A DNA stretch of 64,000 nucleotides from a virus. Lineage: Duplodnaviria > Caudoviricetes. Below are positions 9,519-17,800 of this stretch, piece by piece; the first letter of the stretch is position 1, and the number at the start of each line of letters is the position of its first letter. The stretch spans positions 2,315-66,314 of IMG/VR virus record IMGVR_UViG_3300032303_002965; one strand, given 5' to 3'. The position numbers and the translations under genes are program-made. The notes beneath the pieces are model-generated. The model searched no databases and was not told where the DNA came from. It worked only from the letters and a program-made list of their open reading frames with translations.

Positions 9519-9749
9519 ATGGAAAAAGGCGATCCTATTAAGGAATATGTTGTATTTCAACTTCGTAGAAAAATAACTAATTTATATAAACAATTTTTAT
9601 TTATTCTTGAAGATATTGATAATTCAAAGTATAATATGTCTGATGAAGCATATCAAAAATTTAGAAAAAGAGTTCTTGATTATGGCAACGATACAATAAG
9701 AGAAGTCGAAGAAGATATTTCTAAATTTGATTTTAATTTAAAACAATGA
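9519..9749 (+). CDS. Hypothetical protein (76 aa)
   Basis: Preceded by AAGG repeats and the late motif; ATGA overlap with the next gene. Confidence 0.6.
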   Translation: MEKGDPIKEYVVFQLRRKITNLYKQFLFILEDIDNSKYNMSDEAYQKFRKRVLDYGNDTIREVEEDISKFDFNLKQ

Positions 9750-10006
9750 AAAAAGTTATTTTAAAATATAGAGAAGAAGATGTTATTAAAGGTAATTTAG
9801 ATCTTCAATCTATACAAAGATCTTTAAGAGAATATGGAATTATTAAACCTACTTTTGAAGTAGTAACAAATCCAAAATTTTTAACAAATGTTTATGATAA
9901 TTGGACTCAAGAAAAGCGCAATAGCTTTATTCACTTATTAGGTGGTCGAGTTCAATTTAAAAAAATAAAGAAATACATAGATTCAATAGAAAGGAATAAG
10001 GAATAA
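9746..10006 (+). CDS. Hypothetical protein (86 aa)
   Basis: Translationally coupled on both sides. Confidence 0.55.
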   Translation: MKKVILKYREEDVIKGNLDLQSIQRSLREYGIIKPTFEVVTNPKFLTNVYDNWTQEKRNSFIHLLGGRVQFKKIKKYIDSIERNKE

Positions 10007-10785
10007 TGAAAAAACTATTTGAATTCACAGTACCAAAAGAGATTGAAGTCGAAGAGATTGAGATTTCTAAAAATGAAAAAGGCGAAGAAATAAAAACTAC
10101 TAAAAAAATTAAGAAAAAAGAACAAGTAAAACTTTTTCTTCGTAAACCAACTAGAGCACTTTTTGATGAAGCTGAATTATTTTATGGTGTTCGTTTATCA
10201 GAAGGAATTAAAGCTGGTCTTTTAACAAGAGCTTTGCTATCTAAAAGATTTACAAATGATGGTGGAGTTCTTAGTGAAGAAGAGAAGAACGTATATGCAA
10301 CTCTTTATGTAGCACTTTTTGAAAGACAAAATGAATTTCAAAAATTAAGCATTAAAGATGAATCTGAAAGAACTGAAGAAGAGAAAGCTAGATATAAACA
10401 AGTCATTGCAGAACTGACAGAATTAAGAACTCAAATTCAAGATTTTGAAACAGCGCAAGCTAGTCTTTTTGATCAAACTGCTGAAAATAGAGCTAGAAAT
10501 AAAACCATTCTTTGGTGGGTATTACAATTAGCTTATACTGTTGATGAAAAAGGCGAAGAAAATCCATTCTTTGGTGATGGAACTTATGAAAATAAAATAA
10601 GAATCTACGATAATATGGAAGAGAATGGTTCTGATTTTGAATCTCTTGCATGCAGAAAACTTGCTTATTTTGTAAGCTTTTGGTACGTAGGCCGTGCATC
10701 TTCTCAAGAAGAGTTTGAAAAACTTGCTGCGGCAACACTAGAAACTACTATACCAACAGAGTCTAAAGCAGATACGAATGAATGA
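10006..10785 (+). CDS. Putative tail assembly chaperone
   Basis: Between tube and tape measure genes; charged and helical, with a coiled coil. Confidence 0.5.
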   Translation: MKKLFEFTVPKEIEVEEIEISKNEKGEEIKTTKKIKKKEQVKLFLRKPTRALFDEAELFYGVRLSEGIKAGLLTRALLSKRFTNDGGVLSEEEKNVYATLYVALFERQNEFQKLSIKDESERTEEEKARYKQVIAELTELRTQIQDFETAQASLFDQTAENRARNKTILWWVLQLAYTVDEKGEENPFFGDGTYENKIRIYDNMEENGSDFESLACRKLAYFVSFWYVGRASSQEEFEKLAAATLETTIPTESKADTNE

Positions 10786-11792
10786 TCAATACAAACCTAA
10801 AGATTATTTTTTCTGAAATAATCAAAGGATATTCAAAAAAGAATATCGAAGGTATTGGTACTTTATTTTTTAAGCACATTAATAATCAAGATTCTGCGGA
10901 TATTGATATTTATAATCAGCAATTTACTGAAAAGGCAAAAAGCATGGGTTTGCCTACAGAAAAAGAGCAAGAAGCATATTTAATAAAAGAAGATCTTTGG
11001 CAAGAAAGCAAAAATAAAAGAATAATTGAATTAGAAAAATTTGTTAATAATTTAAAAGTTACTAAAAGTAAACTTTTTATCAAATCTCAAATTGATCAAA
11101 TTAATAAAGAAATAGATAAAAATGATGCTGAATTAAAAGCTCTTAAACATGAAAGAAAAGATCTAATAGGATTTACTGTCGAGGATTATACATTTAAAAA
11201 GATTAATGAATATTATATGTATGTTTCTTTGTTTAAAGACGAATTTTTAAAAGAGCGCTTTTTTAAAGAATCTGATTATGAAGAGTTAGATAATAATGAA
11301 ATTATTTTATTAATTAAAAATTATAACGAAGTAACTAATAAATTCAGCGATCATAATCTAAAAAAAATAAGTTTAATGGGCCATTTTTCTAATATTTTTC
11401 AACTTAGCAAAGATGATCCTTTTATTTTTTATGGAAAGCCTCTTGTTGAATTAAGTTTTTATCAAATTGAATTATTTAGTTATGGACGATATTTTAAAAA
11501 TATATTAACTAATGCAAAAACTAAACCTCCTCAATATTTAATGCAAGATCCAGAAGGTCTTATAGAATGGTTTGAAGGTTCTAAAAATGTCGAAGATATA
11601 CTTAATAAAAATAGTAAAGTTGCTCAAAAAGATAATGTTGCCACTTCCATTGTGGGCGCTTCTTATGAAGATTTAAAACGTTTAGGAGTAAAAACAGAAG
11701 ATAAAGGATCAGACATTGATTTAGCCAAAGAAGCTGCTAAAAAAGGCGGAAAATTAAATATGGAAGATCTAATGAAGTTGCACGGATTATAA
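10782..11792 (+). CDS. Putative second tail assembly chaperone
   Basis: Directly before the tape measure gene; helical. Similar overall layout to the previous ORF (coiled coil, then aromatic C-terminal block). Confidence 0.45.
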   Translation: MINTNLKIIFSEIIKGYSKKNIEGIGTLFFKHINNQDSADIDIYNQQFTEKAKSMGLPTEKEQEAYLIKEDLWQESKNKRIIELEKFVNNLKVTKSKLFIKSQIDQINKEIDKNDAELKALKHERKDLIGFTVEDYTFKKINEYYMYVSLFKDEFLKERFFKESDYEELDNNEIILLIKNYNEVTNKFSDHNLKKISLMGHFSNIFQLSKDDPFIFYGKPLVELSFYQIELFSYGRYFKNILTNAKTKPPQYLMQDPEGLIEWFEGSKNVEDILNKNSKVAQKDNVATSIVGASYEDLKRLGVKTEDKGSDIDLAKEAAKKGGKLNMEDLMKLHGL

Positions 11793-11836
11793 GAAAAGAA
11801 TATTATATCCTTTAGCCTAATATTTTTCCAATAAAT

Positions 11837-11847
11837 GTGTAATTTAT
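11837..11847 (+). promoter_or_regulatory. Putative late promoter motif GTGTAATTTAT
   Basis: Intergenic before the tape measure gene, followed by AGGAAAAAGG. Confidence 0.6.
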
Positions 11848-11864
11848 AATAGGAAAAAGGAACT

Positions 11865-14800
11865 ATGGCTCAAAATATAGGTGAGGCACAGATTGGCTTA
11901 TCAGTAGATACCTCTAGAATGGAGAGGGATGTATCCGCAGCCTTAAAAAGGCTTGAAAGTAGAGGATTTAATCTTGGTGCAGGTATAAATGCTAAATCAT
12001 TTACTCAACCCCTTGGACGTATAACAGGAGCAGCAAATGAGTTTCAAAAATCATTAGATGCATCTAATGCTCGTGTTATCGCATTCGGTGCATCTGCTGG
12101 AGCAATATATAATGTACAACGAGCTTTTACAGCTTTAATTGGAAGCACAATAGATGTACAAAAATCTTTAACAGATATTAATGTTATTTTAGGCGCAAGC
12201 TCAAAAACTTTAGGACAATTTAGTGATCAGCTTTTTGAGATAGCAAGAAATAGTGGTCAGGCATTTTCAACTGTTGCTACTGCAGCAGGTGAACTTGCTC
12301 GTCAAGGTTTAAGCGTAGAACAAACGTTAAAAAGAACAAGTGATGCACTTATTTTAGCTCGTCTTTCTGGATTAGATGCTGCTTCTAGCGTAGAAGCTCT
12401 TACTGCTTCTATTAATTCATTTAATAATTCTGCATTAGATTCAACTCAAATAGTCAATAAATTAGCTAGTGTTGATGCTGCTTTTGCTGTTAGTTCTGCT
12501 GATCTTGCAGAAGCTTTAAAACGAGTAGGTAGTTCTGCTCAAGATGTTGGAGTAAATTTTGATGAATTACTTGCTATTGTTGCAAGCGTTAATCAAACAA
12601 CCGCTAGAGGTGGTGCAGTAATTGGAAATTCATTAAAGACTATTTTTACAAGAGTTCAAAGACCAGAAGTTCTTAATCAATTAGAATCTTTAGGTGTTGC
12701 TGTAAGAGATTTACAAGGAAATACAGCTCCAGCAATTCAAATCTTAACAGGTCTTGCTCAAAAATTTGATGGATTAGCAGATGCTCAAAAATCTCAAGTT
12801 GCGGAACTAGTTGGTGGAGTTTTCCAAATTAACGTTTTAAAAGCTGCTTTAGGAGATTTAAGTAGAGAGTATTCTGTTTATGGAAATGCTTTAAAAATTT
12901 CAACTAATGCTAGTAATGAAGCTATTGTAAGAAATCAAGAATTAAATAAAACTCTTGCAGCTTTATTAAATAGAACTTTAGCTAATTTAACTAAAGTTGG
13001 AAGTGAAATTGGAGCTTTAAGTTTTCAACCTGCAATAGAAAAAGTATTAGGAGGTTTAAATACTGCATTAGAAGGTTTTGATGTTAAAGGTGATAGTATT
13101 GGTAGTAAAATAGGAAAAGGTATTTTTGAAGGAATTGGTTCTTTTATATCTGGCCCAGGGCTTGCATTATTAATTGGAGTATTTGGAAAAATATTTCTTA
13201 ATTTAGGTAAATTTACAAGTGATGCAATCAAAACAGTATTAGGTCTAAATAGAGAAGCTCAAACTCAAGCTCAAATTCAAGAAAGAATTAACAGTATATT
13301 ATCTCAAAATCCTGCGCTAGTACAAAATATTTTAAATAAACAAATTTCTTTATTACAAGTTGAAAAAGATATTCTAACTATTATTGAGGCTCAGGCTCAA
13401 GCGCGTAAACAATCTACAGCTATTGCAACAACATTAACTCAAGGACTAATATCTAGAGGTGTTACAGCAGAAAAAGGAGTCATAACGACTACACGAGCTA
13501 AAAGTCAAGGATTTATTCCAAACTTTAATGCAAATCGTGAGATAATGGGAGCAATAGCAGGTGGATATATGCCAGGTCAAGTACGCTCTATGAATATTCC
13601 AAATTATGGAAGAGTAACTTATAATGATGCAGAAACAGTAAAACAATTTTCTGGATTATCTCAACCTGGAATTATGCCACCAGCTAATAGCGATGCAGGA
13701 AAAGCTTATAAACAAAAGTTTAAAGATAAATATGGTATTGATCCTTATGCTAGTAGTGGATTTATTCCTAATTTTGCAGGAGAACGAACTAAAGAAAGGT
13801 ATCCTTATGTTGCTGTAAAATCAACGGATCGAAAAGCTCTATCTAAACAGTTTAAAGCTTCAGAAGAGGCGGACGCTTCTGACGGGTATACAAGAGCTAC
13901 AAAAAAAGGAAATATTGTAAATAGTAGATCAGTAGATCGTTATGGAGCTTTATATCCTTCATTTAGTCAAAATGTGCCAGGAAAAGCTGTTGGAATATCA
14001 GGTGGAAATAAATATGGTTTTATTACATATCCATTTCCTGGAGGTAATTTTGATATAAATGAAAATTTATACGAGACTGTTCGTCAAAATTTAATAAATA
14101 TATCTTCAGATTATTTTAAACAATTAATTACTCAACCAAAAATTATAGATACAACAAGATTTAAAACTAATATAGCTTCTAATTTAAGTCGTAGTGCTGT
14201 AGAAAGTAGTCTAGGTCAAGTTTTTGAAGCTGGAATAAAATCTTCAATTAGTTCTTTATCTTTAAGTGAAACAGCTAATTTTGATTTAAATAAATCTGAA
14301 TTATCTGATATCCAACAAAAATTTCAATTACCTTATGGTGGGTTTGGGAGTACTTATTTAGCAGACTTAAAGAATTCTCTTTCTGAGGGAAATTTAAATA
14401 GTATGGCAGGAAAAATTTCAACAGCTTCTGGAGAAAAATTTTCTGCACAAGATACGATAAGAGCTAAAAAAACTCAATCTCTGCTTCAAAAAGAATTCAC
14501 TAAAAAAGGATATGAAAAGCTTTCTGGTGCAGAAGCTGCATATGTAAGATCAGGTAAATTTAAAAGTCGAGGTTTTATTCCAAACTTCTCTCCATTAGAT
14601 AAAGCTTTAAGTACTGAAGGAAAGATGGGTGGAAGAGGAGTATTAGATTTTAAACCTGGACTTGGATTGTATGTTAGAGATGGAAAAACTCAACCAAATT
14701 TTGCAGCAGTAATGAGAGATCATCCAGAAGGAATTGGAAATGCAATTAAAAATTCTAAAATAGCACAAGGTTTATTTGCAAATCAAGGTTTTGTACCAAA

Positions 14801-17800
14801 TATGTTGCCAATAAGACAAGCTGTTATGAGTACTTATGGTAAATATGTTGGTCCTGCTGGATCATTAACTCAAATGGTCAGACCAACAATTTCTGGAACT
14901 TCATTAGCTGGAGGAGTGTCTGATCAATCAAGCGCCCAATTACAAAGAGCTATAGATAAAATTACAAGAAGTTTTGATAAAGGATCTTTAGATGTAGATC
15001 AAGCTACAAAACAAATTTCAAATAGATTACAGTCATATACTGGCGTAGCTGGAAAAAAACTAGCAGAAGCTGAAACTTCAATAAGTAAAACATTAGCAGC
15101 TAGACAAGAGGTATCTTCTAAAGGTTTTATTGGGTCTGCTATTGGTGGAATCAGTAATTTAAATACAAAATTTGAAAATACAACATTTGGTAAAATAAGT
15201 AAAGGTTTAGAATCAAAAGCCTTAGTAGCATCTTTTGCTGCACCAATAGTTGCAGAAACAATTGGAAATTTCATACCTGGTGGACAAACATCTCGTGGAG
15301 GTAGAACTGTTTCTGCAGCAGCTTCTGGAATTGGAGATATTGCATCTTATGCTTCTATTGGTAGTCTTTTTGGACCAATCGGGACAGCTGTAGGAGGAAT
15401 AGTTGGTACAATAAGTGCAGGTACTAAAGTTTGGTCAGCATTTAATGATAAAACAATAGACTATACTTTAAGTTTAGATACTGCAAAACAAAAATTAAAT
15501 GATATGACCTTCGCTGTGCAGAATATTAATTCTGCAACAGAAAATTTAGATCGTTTTCAAGCTGGAGATTTTGGAGGAGTTAAAGATCCAAAAACACAAG
15601 CAGAATTAATTGCTAAAGAAAATGAAAAACTTGCAGAAGGCTTATCTAAATTAGATAAGTCTGTACGAGATCAATATTTAGCGTTTGTTAAAGAAGGAAA
15701 TAAACCTGAAGCACAAGCAATTTTAAACATGGCGTTAGGAAAAGCTCAACAAGAAGCTATAAATCGACAATCCGTTTTAACTTTAGCTCAATTAGAAAAA
15801 GATAAGGTATTTAAACAACTTGGTCAGGGCGGAATTCAAGGTTTAGCAGCAGAATCTCAAGTAAAAAGTGCAATAGAACCATTATTTAAAGACCTTTCGT
15901 TAGAGCAATTAAAATTAATTAAAGAAACCAATAGTAAAGACAGTTTAAAAACAGCAATAGAGTCTGCTTTACCAAAAATTCCCCCAGAACTTAGAGATCA
16001 ATTAGTTCAATTACTATCTAATAATCGTCAATTATTAGATGGAGTAATAAATATCAAAGAAATCGCACGAACAATTAATCAAGATCAAAAATCTGGCAAG
16101 CCAATTGGTCCACAATCATTATCAGATATACAAAGAATTTTAAGTGCAGCAGTAACAACTGGAAAACCTTTAGATTTAACTGGATTTAACGCAAAAGGAA
16201 TTTTAGAATCTCCAGAGATAACAAAAGCCAAACAAGATGAAGCAATTAAATCTACAACAGATGCAATTATGGCTTTTGGATTAGAGACAAATGACACATC
16301 AAAAGCTACTCAAATGATAACAGATTATCTCCAACGAGCAACAATTATTATTAATGATTTTAATTCTGGATTGATCAGCGCAACAGAAAAAGAAAAACGA
16401 TTAGGAGCAATTAAAGAAGATATTTTATTAAAAGAACAAGCAAAATCTTTAACATCTAAAGATATCGCTTCAAGAAAAATGGAGTCACGTAATGCCCAAG
16501 GTATTTTTCAACCTGTCCAATCTTTTATGGATAGTTTTGGCGAAAATGGTCAAACAACTGTTGAAAGATTAAATCAATCTTTTTCTAGTCTTGCAGAGAA
16601 TATACAAACTGGATTTGAAGATGCATTTGGCGCATTTGTTGATGGAACAAAGACAGCAGATGAAGCTTTCCAAAGTATGTTATTAAATATATCTCAACAA
16701 ATTATCAAAGAACAATTTAGTATAGGAATGAGAAGTTTACTTGGTGGATTAACAGGTGGAGGTGGATATGGTGGAACATCAGATAATGGTAGTGGTTTAT
16801 TAGGAGGAATATTTAATTCTATTTTTGGTGGAATGGGTAAAGCAAAGGGTGGTATAATTAAAAAATATAGTTATGGTGGTCATGTTCAAGGTGGAAGTGG
16901 AGTTCGTGATGATGTACCAGCTATGTTGACAGGTGGAGAATATGTTTTAAGAAAAAATGCTGTTAATAAATATGGCAAAGGCATGCTAGATATGTTGAAT
17001 CGTGGAGGTATGGTTAGAGGTTATGCTGGAGGAGGATCAGTATCTAGTACATTAGCTAATCAATACGATCTTTATGGTCCAGGAGGAGATCTTCTTATGG
17101 GAGGATATACTCCAGAAGCATTTAAAAGAACTATTACTGGTCCAGAACAATTAGGTAATGTTCCTGATATCAAAGGAGTATTTAATATATCAGATATGTT
17201 AAGCTCAAGAGCTATAACTGATGAAAATAATCCAATGAATCAGTTAAGAACTGAAAAATTTAATGAATTACTTGGTTACCAACAAAATGTATCAAGTTTT
17301 AAAACTAGTTATAACGAAAGTATGCGTCAAGTTGAAGAGCAAAGAAAACAAGCTCAAGAAGAAGCAGATAGAATTAATGCTGCAAATCAATCTGCTTATA
17401 ATCGCCAAGTAACTCAAGGTTTTATAGGAGGTTTACTTAGTGTGGGGTTAAGTGCATTTGGTGCGGCTGGTGGTATTGGAGGATTACTTGGTGGAACATT
17501 TGGTAATGCTATTGGAGGAGCTGCTACTGGAGGAGCTGCTGCTTCTGGAGGAATATTTAGCGCTGCTGGAATTGGATCAATATTTCAAGGTGTTGGAGAA
17601 AGACTTATTAATCCAATTATGGGTCTTTTTGGTGGAGGAGGTGGACAAACAACTGTAGGAATGAATCCATATCAACAAAAAGAATTTCAAAAAAGCTTAA
17701 CACAAAGTATTCAAGGCAGTATAAATAATTATTCTGTTACATCTCCAGGATTAGGAGCACTTGGAGCTCCTGGATACGGCGGATATGGTTTTGGTATGGG

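Noticed and set aside
10700-10800. Programmed -1 frameshift between the two tail chaperone genes (lambda G/GT type)
   Set aside because: No clear X-XXY-YYZ slippery heptamer near the first stop; the second gene has its own ATGA-coupled start.
5837-11792. Contractile tail sheath gene
   Set aside because: No sheath-sized ORF with sheath motifs between the neck genes and the tape measure; a sheath elsewhere in the genome cannot be excluded.
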